64,000 bases of DNA from Nitrospirota bacterium (GCA_963818475.1 CAWFSF010000006.1:1472001-1536000); one strand, 5' to 3'; shown: positions 32,332 to 45,211, numbered from the stretch's first letter. A program made the numbers and translations. The notes: generated from the sequence alone by a model not told the origin.

Positions 32332-33012
32332 TTAATACCCCGTCAGCGAAAAATGCATGAAATCCTTCTGTTTGCCCGCGATCTCGCCGCCCCATTTGAA
32401 ACCAGCCTGCGTGAGCAGGTTGACGACATCGCTGTTCTTATCAAGCGTTCCCCACACACCGGGTCTCCATTCACCGCCCCGGATCAGCCGGCACTCAGGT
32501 CCGAACGTGATGCAGTTATCGTACAGCCCATTCTGCTCAGGGTTAATATCTATGGCCGTTCCGAAGGAATGATTACTGAAGACGGTGCGGTTGCCGTTCC
32601 CGTCAACCGGGCCGCGCGACTTGATCACGTGGTATCCCACGACCGTATTGATCGGTGCTCCCTTACTGACAATATTCCTGAGAATGGAGAGCACCTTCGG
32701 CGCAATCTTGAAACAAACAGAAAACGACTGCAGCGGCGGTATATCGATACGTTCCTGATCTTCACTGCAAACAGTGCATCCGGTTTCCGGGTCTCGCTCA
32801 TTGTCCGCGATCTCAGCGTAGGAATGACTGACCTTCTTGGTACTTGAACTGCTTTTCTGGTTCACATTCCATACCTGCATCTCATACGAACAATAGGACG
32901 GTTCTGGACGGGCTGCTGCCTCGGACCAGGCCGGCAATGAAACAACAAGGATCGCTATAACAGCTGTTGCAGACAGGCGGCGCATTATCCCGACTCCGAT
33001 GCAACTATTCAT
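32332..33012 (-). CDS. M15 family Zn peptidoglycan peptidase
   Basis: Signal peptide; SNHSFGTAIDIN, GFKWGG, DFMHFS. Confidence 0.85.
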   Translation of the reverse strand: MNSCIGVGIMRRLSATAVIAILVVSLPAWSEAAARPEPSYCSYEMQVWNVNQKSSSSTKKVSHSYAEIADNERDPETGCTVCSEDQERIDIPPLQSFSVCFKIAPKVLSILRNIVSKGAPINTVVGYHVIKSRGPVDGNGNRTVFSNHSFGTAIDINPEQNGLYDNCITFGPECRLIRGGEWRPGVWGTLDKNSDVVNLLTQAGFKWGGEIAGKQKDFMHFSLTGY

Positions 33013-33126
33013 GCCATCTCCACCAAGTCGCCGATCCGAAAACATCACAGCGGTGATGCGAAATCTTAACTCTTCCATGGTTTTAAAATATTTGGATTCT
33101 GCCCCATGTTCTCCGACAAAACAATC

Positions 33127-34338
33127 CTACTGCGCCTTGTTCTCGCTCGCCTGGAGGATCCGGAGATTTCCCTTGTCCACGTCGGTAAGCAGGCTGTCGG
33201 TATAGCTCGGGTTTTGGCTGTACCAGGGCTTCGTGGTGAAATAGTCGTGCAGGTCAGGTGATTGGAAGACCCTGCCGTGGCGGGCGTAGACCTCGTTCCG
33301 CATGACACGAAGCTCGGCCTTGCTCCGCCCCTGGAGGTCGGTCTCGGTAACGATCCGGTCCGCCGGCGTGAGATAGCTATCGACGGATTTAAGGTTATCC
33401 GGGATTCCGAGTGCTTCTTCAGGTTTCTCCTGAGGGGCCGGCGCAGCGGGCGCGAGCGACTGATAGGTGAGCTCCAGTTTGATCCGGTCGCGTTCTTTTT
33501 TCGCTTCCGTGTTTTCCGCGTTGAGCTTCACTGCGTCGTCAAGGAGCGTCTTTGCCTGTTTAAAGTCTTTCGCGGCTGCTTTGAGCATGGCGTGCTGGTA
33601 CAGGATATCGGAGGCTTCCTTGCGCTTGCCCATCTTGCGGTAAATAGCTGCTATCTCGGCCATGATTTCCTCGCGGCCATCCTTTATCCGGTTCAGCAGG
33701 GACACATAGGTGTCTTCCTCGAGAAAGCCGGCAGGAGGAGTGACGGTCTCCTTGTAGTAAGAAAGCGTATAGAGTTTCAGAAAATCGCCTTCGGCGAAAT
33801 CGGTGCGCGGGCGGTACCCAAGAAGGATGTTGCCCGCATATTCCGGTGCCCGGACCTTCATGTCGGATCTTTGTGCCTTGACCCATTGTACGGCAAGCTG
33901 CGCGTCACGCCGGATTTCCGGGGAGTTCTTCGGCAGGAGTTTTATACGAACGAGCAGCGCTGCCAAAAGATGGGGACTTTTTTCGTTGGCTTTGAGGAGC
34001 CCGAGCCAGTAGTCGGGCTCGGCTGTGCCGGACTTCGAGACAGCTATCGACCGGACGAACATATAATACAAAAAGGAATCCATGTATTTGCTCTGGCCCA
34101 GGGCAGGCATAGCCGCTATCCTTTTTGCCTCGTCATAGACCTCCGCGTCCTTCTTCGTCTTTTCGGTCAGATCGAGCACTTCGAGAAACTTCCGGTCGAT
34201 CTCCTTGTCGACCTGGTAGTCAGGCGCCACGCGCTCCAACCGCTTCACGTTCTTCACGAGGTTCCAATCCCCTGCATAGGAAATACCTGCAATCATTACC
34301 GAGAGTACGACGAGCAGTGCGAGCGAAACTTTCTTCAT
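33127..34338 (-). CDS. exported TPR-like protein with C-terminal YARHG domain
   Basis: Signal peptide; ELRVMRNEVYARHGRVF....L..YF..KPWY. Confidence 0.88.
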   Translation of the reverse strand: MKKVSLALLVVLSVMIAGISYAGDWNLVKNVKRLERVAPDYQVDKEIDRKFLEVLDLTEKTKKDAEVYDEAKRIAAMPALGQSKYMDSFLYYMFVRSIAVSKSGTAEPDYWLGLLKANEKSPHLLAALLVRIKLLPKNSPEIRRDAQLAVQWVKAQRSDMKVRAPEYAGNILLGYRPRTDFAEGDFLKLYTLSYYKETVTPPAGFLEEDTYVSLLNRIKDGREEIMAEIAAIYRKMGKRKEASDILYQHAMLKAAAKDFKQAKTLLDDAVKLNAENTEAKKERDRIKLELTYQSLAPAAPAPQEKPEEALGIPDNLKSVDSYLTPADRIVTETDLQGRSKAELRVMRNEVYARHGRVFQSPDLHDYFTTKPWYSQNPSYTDSLLTDVDKGNLRILQASENKAQ

Positions 34339-34674
34339 GGAGCCCCCCCTTTTGGATGTTTCCTGATGTATCGACGTAATGCCCTAGTTATTTTCTTTGA
34401 TCACGATATGCCCTTGCGGCATGTAAACGACCCGATCAGGGCCGTACCAGAACCGCCTCTCAACACGTCCGTCCATGCCATACCCCTTCTGAGAAGAAAG
34501 ACCGTTGTGCATTATGCGTATGAGTATAGAGACAGCCGGAAAAATGGTCAAGAAGATATATGGGGTACAGGCGGGGTATTGACAATTAGAAAAAAAATTA
34601 CGGCCCGGTAAGGAGAGGGAAGTCTTTTGTAAAGGAGGAAATCCGGTTGTATGTTTTTCCACTGCCGACAGAGA

Positions 34675-37082
34675 TCAAAAAGAAGCGCTCTGATCCCAAA
34701 ACAAAGCCACGTCCTTCAAGATGCTTTCCGAAACCAGTTCATTGACATCGGATCCGAACCAGTCTGTGGGCATGGACCGGGAATAAGCCGGCTGAACGAA
34801 GCGGTTGTCCATCAGCACGATAAGGCCCCGGTCTTTCTCGGAGCGGATCACCCTGCCTGCCGCCTGGACCGCCTTTGCCATGGCAGGGATCGCATAGGCA
34901 TAATCAAAGCCCGCGTGGTATCGCCTCTCGTAATACTCCCGCATCTGTTCCCGTTCAAGATCGAAGTTCGGCAGCGGCGGCCCGATCACGAACGCACCGA
35001 TCGCCATCTCGCCCGGATAGTCCACTCCTTCCGAGAACGTGCCGCCCTGTACGGCAAAGAGGATCTTCGGAACGCTCCCCTCGCGGAGCTGCTCCAATAC
35101 CTCCTCGACCCTGGCCCCTTTCATCTCCCGCTCCTGTTTGAGGATCGTAAAGCCTTCCGGTACCGTGAACAGGCTATGCACCCGTTCCAGGAATTCGAAG
35201 CTCGGGAAGAAGGCAAAGTAATTCCCAAGGCGAAGGGCCGCTACCCGCGCAATGACATCGGCGATCTTCCCATAGTTGCGTTCGCGGTCCGAGTATTTGG
35301 TCGAGACCTGGGGAATGATCAGGAGCTTGCGATGCTCTTTCGGGAACGGGCTCGGGAACTCTGCTGTCTTGACGCTCAGCGGGTCGAGGCCCGACAGCTG
35401 AGCATAGTAATTAAAGGGCTTTAACGTTGCCGAGAACCCGACAACCTGCTCGTAGTCATGGTACCGGTCCTTAAGCATTTCCGATGCGTCGCAGCAGGTG
35501 ATCTTTACAATCCCGCCGTTTCCCTGGGGATGGAAGGTGGCAAAGAACTCCTCCGCAGCCGTCCCTTCCAGGTACTCAAGAGCTTCGGTGAATGCGGACC
35601 AGTAAAAACAGAGCCCCATGATAACGTCCCGGGGCTGAATCACGACGTCGGAATCAAGGTAGCGGGAAAGGAAGGTGCGGAGCTTTGCGTCCTGCTCAAG
35701 GAAGGCGTCAACGGGTGGATCGATCTTCTGCGGCTTCGACGTTCCTGACCGATTGCATGAGGCGATCACCTGGATACAGGAACCGAGCAGCTCTTCTGCC
35801 TCTGGTTGAAAACGGGAAGGCAGACTGTGGATCCCGCTCCTCATCTGTTCGAGCACGCAGGCTTGAAAGCGCGGGAGAATAGTAGTCCATGGCGCGGGAA
35901 GGAAGATTATGGGCCTCGTCGATCACGAGGTTCGGCTTTCCTGTTTGATCGATGGCGGACAGGGTCATGCGTCCGAAGGCCGAGCGCGGCGCAAACACGT
36001 AGTTGTAATCGCAGATCACCACATCCGCTTCCTCTGCCGCGTCGAGCTGCAGTTCGAAGGGGCAGACAGCATGTTCCGCTCCCAGATCGCGGAACACCCG
36101 GGCCGTGAGCTTCCTCTTCTTCGCGAGGATATCGAGGATCCCCTCTGCAGCGACCTTGGTGTAATGGTCCTTTGCATATTCGCAGAAGGCCGGGTCGCAG
36201 AGCGGCTCGTTCTGGAAGCAGATCTTGCTCTTCGCCGTGATCGTGAGCGATTTTATCCTCGAACCGCTTTTCTTGAACCGGTCCACCGCATCCTCGGCAA
36301 CCAGGTGCTGGCTGTTCTTGGGAGTGACATAGACCACTCTCTGGCCGCGGCTTAAGGCCTGCTTCAGAACAGGATAGAGAACGCCGATGGTCTTCCCGAG
36401 CCCCGTGGGCGCCTGGATCAGCATCGGCCGGGTTTCAGCCATCCCCTCTTCGACCAGGCGGATGAGCTCGCTCTGGCCTTGACGGAGGTTTTCATAAGGA
36501 AAGGAGATCGCTGCAGCCAATTTTCTGCGCCGCAGTGCCCGCTTCTCCGCCTGTGCCGCCTCTTTGACCAGCTCATCAAGGCGCAGGTCCAGCCATGCTT
36601 CATAAGCAGGGAGATCAAGCGTGAGGGAGAGGTCCAGGGACTCTCTCGTGCGGGTGGAGACCAGATGGAAGGTAAGCTCGGGAACGACCTTGTGTTCGAG
36701 CCAGAAGATGTAGCCGTAGGTCAGGAGCTGGAGGCAATACGGATGGTCCAGCGGATTCCCGGAGAGCTTGCGGCGGAGTTCATGGAGGTTAAAGCCGGTC
36801 TTGATCTCCTCGATCCTGGGCAGGTCTGCCCGGAAGATCCCGTCCATGCGTCCGTCGATCCGGAACCGGTAGTCCTCCCCGTTCGAACGAACGGCTGACC
36901 GCGACCTCGGCTTCATAGGATGGATCGGACTTTGCCCGCTTCTTCTGCACCCGGACGTGGATCTCCTGTCCTTCAAGAGCCGCCCGCCCAAAGCCCGAAT
37001 GGGCTTCGATGCTTCCGGTCCTGGGAACGGGAAGAGCGAACTCGCTGACTGCAACGGGGATGAGCTTTGATGGGGAGGTCAT
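34675..37082 (-). CDS. Rad3/DinG-family Fe-S DNA helicase with N-terminal PD-(D/E)xK-like nuclease; frameshifts near 36880 and 35860
   Basis: GRMDG...IEEIKTG; QAPTGLGKT; Cys cluster; CPFE; DYNY; IDEAHNL; FSATL; FFPS; FSEGVD; QAAGRVIRS. Confidence 0.9.
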
Positions 37083-37153
37083 AGGTTGCGAAGCGACAGG
37101 GAGACGGTCTGCGATAAATGTTGGTTGTGGAGTATTTTCACGTCACATTTGCA

Positions 37154-37213
37154 CGAGAACATGCGGCTCACGCGCCGCTTCCTGGCGCGTCGTCGTCAAG
37201 GCGCAGGTTGGAA
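37154..37213 (-). mobile_element. attC-like site downstream of parE toxin
   Basis: 60 bp, AAC...GTT ends, imperfect internal inverted repeat; similar to 41980-42036. Confidence 0.6.
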
Positions 37214-37254
37214 TACTTATCAGTTGACTGGTGCTGGCTTGTAATGAGAATGGG

Positions 37255-37548
37255 CTATCGAATGCGATTTTTCCAGTATCCTGGTTCACGGTGGCAGTGC
37301 ATTACAGCCATGATAAGAATGTAATCTGGTTCGATGGAGTAGAGAATGGCATAAGGAAATACGCGCGTCAGATAGCGGCGTACATCCTTTTCAAGGGGTT
37401 TCCATTGTTCAGGTTTTTCGGCAATACGCTGAATTGCGTGTTCAACCGCGTCGATAAAACGCTGCCCCAGACCAAGTTGGCAAGCCTCATAATATCGGGC
37501 CGCATCTTGATATTCTTCCAAAGCATCGGGATGGAATTCACATCTCAT
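37255..37548 (-). CDS. RelE/ParE family toxin
   Basis: FHPDA.EE..DA..YY.....LG.RF, RR....FPY.ILY, I.AVMH..R.PGYW..R. Confidence 0.9.
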   Translation of the reverse strand: MRCEFHPDALEEYQDAARYYEACQLGLGQRFIDAVEHAIQRIAEKPEQWKPLEKDVRRYLTRVFPYAILYSIEPDYILIMAVMHCHREPGYWKNRIR

Positions 37549-37650
37549 TTTTTGATGGCTTGCCTGACTTGCGCCAGAGCGGCATCACCTGGAATTGTTT
37601 TAACGCGGCCACTACGCACATCATCTCGTCGCCGACAAGCTTCACTAATC
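37545..37650 (-). pseudogene. 5'-truncated addiction-module antitoxin
   Basis: ISEACRRRDDVRSGRVKTIPGDAALAQVRQAIKK* with ATGA overlap to toxin; in-frame stop upstream and no start. Confidence 0.65.
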
Positions 37651-37754
37651 GGGGACGTTGTCGTCGATTCATCTGATCGCCTGGATCCAGCTTCTGCACA
37701 AAAGCTTCACTTCGCCATTGCACATGAACGCGGCGCCACCCTGGCGTTACTGTC

Positions 37755-38507
37755 TCAGAATCTCTGCTTCCCTCGTTCCACAGGAATCACGCGCACTTTG
37801 TTCTCCGGATAGCTGGTAACGTAAGCCGCTGCCGGTATGTTTCTATCGTCCTCGTAATAGAAATCGGTCTTCACGATCGACACCCGTGTTTCAGGCTCGT
37901 ACATGGTCATGTGGCTTAGCTGTCCCAGCTCGTTATATTCATACTCGGTGTACGTCACGATCGACTCCTGCGCGCGCAACACGATCTTCTCAGTCTCTGC
38001 CCAGCCCGAAGGTGCGCTTTTCGCCAGTCCGACCACGAACCCGCCCGCGCCGCCGACGACAGTGGACACGGCCGCGGCTCCGGCAGCATTTTTCAAGTCC
38101 CTGGCGCTGGCTTCCGAGGAATCCATCACTGCGCTTATCAGGAGAAATCCGACCAAACCGCCTACCTCGAACCCCTCTCCGGTCCAGTGATATACGATTC
38201 GCAGAGGGACCATGAGATCGCCATGCGTCCGCTTGATTGCGATATCAAACGTCTTGACAGGCATATTGTCACGAAACAGTCCTATCGTAAATTTTTCTCC
38301 AGGATCGTCTGGTCGCTTGTTCAGCGTCTTTATGAACAGGGGCATGCCATTCTGATCATATTCCACTTCCCTCAAGAGGACCGTCCGGAGAGAGCCGCCG
38401 GAGGACTGATCTTCCAGGTTCACATGCTTGGTGCCGCAGGCAGTAAGAACGCTCAGACACCATACGGCGGCAACAAAGATCAGTCGCGTATTATTCCGTA
38501 GAATCAT
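37755..38507 (-). CDS. hypothetical lipoprotein with glycine-zipper-like helices
   Basis: LSVLTAC lipobox; GGLVG..., GAAAVSTVVGGAGGFVVG. Confidence 0.65.
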   Translation of the reverse strand: MILRNNTRLIFVAAVWCLSVLTACGTKHVNLEDQSSGGSLRTVLLREVEYDQNGMPLFIKTLNKRPDDPGEKFTIGLFRDNMPVKTFDIAIKRTHGDLMVPLRIVYHWTGEGFEVGGLVGFLLISAVMDSSEASARDLKNAAGAAAVSTVVGGAGGFVVGLAKSAPSGWAETEKIVLRAQESIVTYTEYEYNELGQLSHMTMYEPETRVSIVKTDFYYEDDRNIPAAAYVTSYPENKVRVIPVERGKQRF

Positions 38508-38586
38508 TTGAGTGTGGCCCCTTTTCTTCTTAAAATGTCCAATCAGGCCCGTGTCTACTTTCATGTCATTCAACTTCTTCGAGTCG

Positions 38587-38711
38587 GCAGGTTGGGTAGA
38601 ACGAAGTGAAAACCCAACGTTTCGCAAAGCCTGACAGTGCTGTCACTTCGATGACGATATTGATCAAATCGATTAAATCTGTCGGGTTTCGCGCCGCTCT
38701 ACCCGACCTAC
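38587..38711. repeat. REP-like inverted doublet (GTAG-type)
   Basis: GCAGGTTGGGTAGAACGAAGTGAAAACCCAAC ... GTCGGGTTTCGCGCCGCTCTACCCGACCTAC. Confidence 0.75.
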
Positions 38712-38789
38712 GAGCTATCATGCGATTTTTTGGGAACAACTTGTTGCGATTCATTCCTACATCTACAAAACTTCACGTGACCTTTGCAC

Positions 38790-38850
38790 ATGAAACGCGC
38801 AGGTGAAACGCGAAGCTTCTCCGAGTCGTTCTCGACCCGCGTAATAAGAC
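38790..38850 (-). mobile_element. degenerate attC-like site downstream of GNAT gene
   Basis: GAAAC-GCGCAG-GTGAAACG...CGTTCTCGAC-CCGCG; one end eroded. Confidence 0.5.
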
Positions 38851-38855
38851 CCTCG

Positions 38856-39348
38856 TCAGATCATCTTTTGCATCCAGACAACATCAAATATTTGTCCGTT
38901 CTTTTTGCCGATCTTCTGGAAACGTCCGCATTCAACAAAACCGCTTTTCTTGTGAAAGCTAATACTGCTGTCGTTCAAAGATGATATGTTGGCCAGTATT
39001 GTTGAAATGCCTTTTGCTTTTGCCTCTTTCACGAGGTGTCCAAGCATCAGGCCGCCTAAGCCCTTGTTTGTGTATCCAGCCTTTACAAAATAGGTGATCT
39101 CAGCTGTCACAGAAAAAGCTGGAAATGGGTTGTAGGGGCGGAGGAGTCCAAAACCGACAACACTACCAGTCTCGTCCTTTGCGACAACGGTTGGATATCC
39201 ATCGCTCATTTTCTGAAGCATATCGAAAGACTTCATAAGGTATTTTTCTTTCAGGATATGCGGCAAAACTATTTTCGATATAGTGATTAAAAATATCAAC
39301 TACGGGTTCACGGACTTCTTTTGTCATAGGTTCAAGCTGAACACTCAC
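38856..39348 (-). CDS. GNAT N-acetyltransferase (phosphinothricin-acetyltransferase-like); frameshift near 39240
   Basis: AGGAGG RBS and GTG; DIFNHYIENSFAAY, KGLGG.ML..L, N..SI.FHKK.GF.ECG, DVVWMQK. Confidence 0.85.
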
Positions 39349-39371
39349 TCTGTCCTCCTTTCTTCAACATA

Positions 39372-39433
39372 GTCTAACGCGCGGGTGTACCGCCGCGGCT
39401 TCTCATCGGACGGAGACGACCCTCATGTTGGTT
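39372..39433 (-). mobile_element. attC-like site whose GTTAGAC core opens the GNAT cassette
   Basis: 62 bp; plus strand GTCTAAC-GCGCGG-GTGTACCG...CGGAGACGAC-CCTCAT-GTTGGTT. Confidence 0.6.
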
Positions 39434-39539
39434 TGATCACTCCAATATTTTTCCATAATTTAGCCTGCAAAACACTCACAGTAGATTTTACAGTTTTAAA
39501 AAATCGAATCATTTCTTTTACGCGTTGTTAGAACCTCTT

Positions 39540-39758
39540 TATCTACATCAATCGCACTATTCGACTGTTTGGCTTTCTCAAAATGGATTTTAATATCCTT
39601 GATCGCAACAATGTTTGTTAAGAGAAAAATCAACTTTGCAATCAAAACGGGTCGTTGAACTTTTTCGGAGATGGAAAATATAATTCGTTATGAGTGAAAA
39701 TACGATAGGTATGGGGATTGATTTTGCGATACTTGTAAAGTTTGTCGGGAAGGCCCAT
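39540..39758 (-). pseudogene. DUF2971-like gene remnant
   Basis: Manual translation MGLPDKLYKYRKINPHTYRIFTHNELYFPSPKKFNDPF(D)CK, then breaks up. Confidence 0.6.
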
Positions 39759-40052
39759 TAGCGATATCCATATGTCTTGAAAATAAGATTCAACCAGTTA
39801 TTGACTATAAGGAACTCAGTTTGTAATATTACAAATCGGTTTATTATATTATAAACTTTCAGGGTTTGTAGTATTATAAACCTGATGTAGAAGCATTTCC
39901 CATGTACTTAGGCTCGATAATATGCTTTATCAGCAGTCGATGTCAAAGATTCCAATGGGGTATTTTAAGAGGATATTGCTGAAGGGTACGGTTTGTAACT
40001 TTATGTATTGCAAAGGATGGAAACATCAACGAGTACAGGAAAAAATGTCTTG

Positions 40053-40163
40053 CTAGAACGCTCGAAGAAACTTCTCTAGGGTTTCAATAAGAATGACGCC
40101 GATAAGAAGCCCCAGAAGGACGATGCCGATATACGTCAAGGCAGACTTCAATCGATCGTTCAT
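40053..40163 (-). CDS. 36-aa single-TM small protein (absent from ORF track)
   Basis: GGAG 5 nt before ATG, 12 bp after dedA stop; MNDRLKSALTYIGIVLLGLLIGVILIETLEKFLRAF. Confidence 0.6.
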   Translation of the reverse strand: MNDRLKSALTYIGIVLLGLLIGVILIETLEKFLRAF

Positions 40164-40175
40164 CAGATCTCCGCC

Positions 40176-40790
40176 CTATTCACCCGGTTCCAGCAGCTTT
40201 TTCCTGCGGTGGTTCCACACATAGACCGCCACGATGGCCACGCTCATGAGCACGGCGCCGATCAGGGCCTGGTGCGAGTACTGCATGATCAGCTCCTGGT
40301 TCGCGCCGATGAAATAGCCGATATAGGTGAGGATCGTGACCCACATGCCCGCGCCCAGGAGCGTATAGAGCGAGAATTTCCAGTGGTTCATGCCTGCGAG
40401 GCCTGCGGGGAGGGAGATAAGGTGGCGCACCACCGGCAGGAGCCTGCCGATAAAGGTCGACACTTCGCCGTGGTCCTTGAAGAACGTCTCGACCTTCGCG
40501 AATTTCTCTTCAGTGATCCAGACATACTTGCCGTACTTTAGAAGCAGCGGCCTGCCGAGATAATGAGCGGCGAAGTAGTTCGCATAGGCGCCCACCAGGC
40601 TGCCCAGCGGTGCCGCAGAGAATGGCGACGAACATGTTCATCTGCCCCTGCTGGGCAAGATACCCTGCCGGCGGCATCACGAGCTCGCTCGGGATTGGAA
40701 TGACCGAGCTCTCCATGGCCATCAGGAGAAAGATGCCGGGATAGCCGAGCGTCCCGATCGTTACAAGCAGCCAGATACCAGTGCATGCAT
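40176..40790 (-). CDS. dedA: DedA family membrane protein; frameshifts near 40775 and 40605
   Basis: GYPGIFLLMAMESSVIPIPSELVMPPAG; GRLLPVVRHLISLPAG. Confidence 0.9.
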
Positions 40791-40875
40791 CTTTACCTCT
40801 ATTAATCCATGTAATTTTAATAAGACACAATACAAGTTCCGACATTCCGTCTTGAATTCCGATATCATTCCGCAT

Positions 40876-41791
40876 TTATGGACGCATTCGACTTTCTTCC
40901 CCAATGATGCCGATGTTCTTCAGCATCCGGTCGTCTTCGCGCCAGCCCTTCTTCACCTTCACCCAGAGCTGCAGGAAGATCTTGGCACCCAGCAGTTTCT
41001 CTGCATCACGCCGCGCAAGCGTGCCGATCTGCTTCAGCATGGCTCCGCCCTTGCCGATCAGGATGCCCTTCTGCGAGTCGCGTTCCACGTAAATAATGGC
41101 CGTGATCCGCGTGATCTCGGGCTCTTCCTTCATTTCTTCGATCACCACGGCGGTGGAGTACGGGATCTCGTCCTTGGTAAGCTCAAAGACCTTTTCCCGG
41201 ATCATCTCGGCCACGACAAAGCGCTCGGGCTGGTCCGTGAGCTGATCATCGGGGAAATACTTCGGCCCCAGCAGGCAGGCGTTTGAGAACATTATCCAAC
41301 AGTTCGCCCAGGTCTTTTTTGAGCGCCGACACGGGGATGATCTCGGCAAACTTATAGAGAGTGCTGTATTCCTGGATGAGCGGCAGGAGCGCGTCCTTTT
41401 TGATGAGGTCCACCTTGTTGATCAGGAGGAATACCGGCGTCTTCACCTGGCTGAGCGTCTCGATGATGAACCGGTCCCCGCCCCCGGGCCTTTCCGTGGC
41501 CTCCACGAGCATCAGGATCACATCCACCTCGCTGTAGGTGGCGAGCGCTGTCTTGACCATGGCCTCGTTCATCTTGTGCATGGGTTTGTGGATGCCGGGA
41601 GTATCCATGAACACGAGCTGCGCATTCTGCTGGTTCACGATCCCGATGATCTTATTACGCGTGGTCTGGGGTTTATCGGAGGTTATGGCGATCTTTTCGC
41701 CGAGCAACGCGTTCAAAAGCGTGGATTTGCCCACATTGGGCCGGCCGACGATGGAAATGAATCCTGATCTGAAGTTTTTATTGTCTGTCAT
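40876..41791 (-). CDS. era: GTPase Era; frameshift near 41280-41320
   Basis: [44 protein letters not shown]. Confidence 0.95.
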
Positions 41792-41798
41792 GGGGGGT

Positions 41799-41827
41799 AG
41801 AATACCCGAAAAGAGCCCTCTGCGCAA
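41799..41827 (-). promoter_or_regulatory. era sigma70 promoter (leaderless geometry)
   Basis: TTGCGC-17-TATTCT, 7 nt before ATG, no SD. Confidence 0.6.
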
Positions 41828-41979
41828 TAGAAAAGCCCGGTTCGTGCAGAAATGAGATGCGGAAAAGCCCATCCTTGTGGCTCTGACGCGACCCCATCGC
41901 ACATTCTCATTCGATTCGAGACTTACTGCCAGCTACCGATCGAACGATCAAAATCATGCCCATTAGGGTTTTCCTACAG

Positions 41980-42036
41980 GTTCAACACGCGCCTGACACG
42001 CCGTCTTTGGCGCGTCGCTGTAGGCGCAGGTTGAGA
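41980..42036 (-). mobile_element. attC-like site downstream of higA
   Basis: 57 bp; minus strand TCTCAAC...GTTGAAC; TCTCAAC pairs 6/7 with GTTGTGA at this cassette's start. Confidence 0.65.
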
Positions 42037-42058
42037 TATTTGCATGGATAGAAACGGC

Positions 42059-42376
42059 TTAGATGTGGGCTAAGGCAGGTAATCTTTTTATCTTCTTTAT
42101 CTCTTTTGCAGTTGATGAGTGGGTTACATGATATAAATCCCACGCCAGCTGCAAATTAAGCCAAAACTGCGCCTCCATGCCGAATAGTTTCTCCAGACGA
42201 AGTGCTGTGTCAGGGGTGATCCCCCGCTTCGCATGAATCAGTTCATTAACACGAGGATATGAAACTCCGAGCTTTTCCGCCGACTCGCTCTGTGTTATTT
42301 TCAGAGGCTTGAGAAACTCCTCCAACAGCATTTCGCCGGGATGCGTCGGCGGACCATATTTAGGTATTCGTACCAT
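42059..42376 (-). CDS. higA: HigA family antitoxin
   Basis: PTHPGEMLLEEFLKPL, RGITPDTALRL..LFG....FWLNLQ..WDL. Confidence 0.92.
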   Translation of the reverse strand: MVRIPKYGPPTHPGEMLLEEFLKPLKITQSESAEKLGVSYPRVNELIHAKRGITPDTALRLEKLFGMEAQFWLNLQLAWDLYHVTHSSTAKEIKKIKRLPALAHI

Positions 42377-42394
42377 CTTCTTCTCCTTCACTCT

Positions 42395-42460
42395 TCAGTG
42401 GTAATCGGTAATTTCCGACGTTTTCAACGCTGTCATCCGTCCACACAAAACAACAGCTAT
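42395..42460 (-). pseudogene. higB: HigB toxin C-terminal remnant
   Basis: Manual translation CFVWTDDSVENV/EITDYH*. Confidence 0.7.
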
Positions 42461-42469
42461 TTGGTGCAG

Positions 42470-42527
42470 TCACAACGCTCCGGTTCAGCGGCGTCAGTAG
42501 GCCGACCGCTGGAACCGGAGGTTAGCG
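42470..42527 (-). mobile_element. attC site (58 bp) downstream of katG
   Basis: Minus strand CGCTAAC-CTCCG-GTTCCAGC..GCTGAAC-CGGAGC-GTTGTGA: 5-bp and 6-bp spacers and extra C in the first L box. Confidence 0.8.
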
Positions 42528-42577
42528 TGCTGCTTTTTCCGCCCAGTCAGAAGTCCATGCAGACCTTTATGCCACGA

Positions 42578-44786
<2,209 letters not shown>

Positions 44787-44805
44787 TTAAGGTTGGTGGT
44801 TGCAA

Positions 44806-44827
44806 GGCTAACGCGGGCATGACCCGC
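44806..44827 (-). mobile_element. core site GTTAGCC with half attC-like arm, 31 bp upstream of katG
   Basis: Plus strand GGCTAAC-GCGGGC-ATGACCCG; GTTAGC complements GCTAAC of the attC at 42521-42526. Confidence 0.55.
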
Positions 44828-45211
44828 TAGATTAAGGATAGCAGATTAAACGCTTTTGGATGAATGCTATTATTGGATAACGAGGCAGGTCGATGCTATT
44901 GGTGGCTCCATCGTTTATTTTTTACTTTCGCAGACGATTTGGAAACCGTATCAGATTTTTTGTCTTTAATTTCACTTTTTAGTTCGGAAATCCAATATGC
45001 TAAAGACAATAATAAACTGGAAATACCAGGCGATATTCTTAGTGGACGTCCCTCGCGTCTTCGCGTTAAAAAATGCATCTCATCGCGCATGCCTCCCGCC
45101 CAAACCCGGGAAAATCGAAACGAATGCCGCCACCTTTAGCACTTGATCGCCCGCTTGCCGGGCAGCCGACGTGTGCTACCCTGTTCTTTAATAGCTCCAA
45201 CTAATTTCCAT

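Noticed and set aside
34384-34476. 30-aa ORF upstream of YARHG gene
   Set aside because: Plausible RBS but no recognisable protein features; cannot be supported
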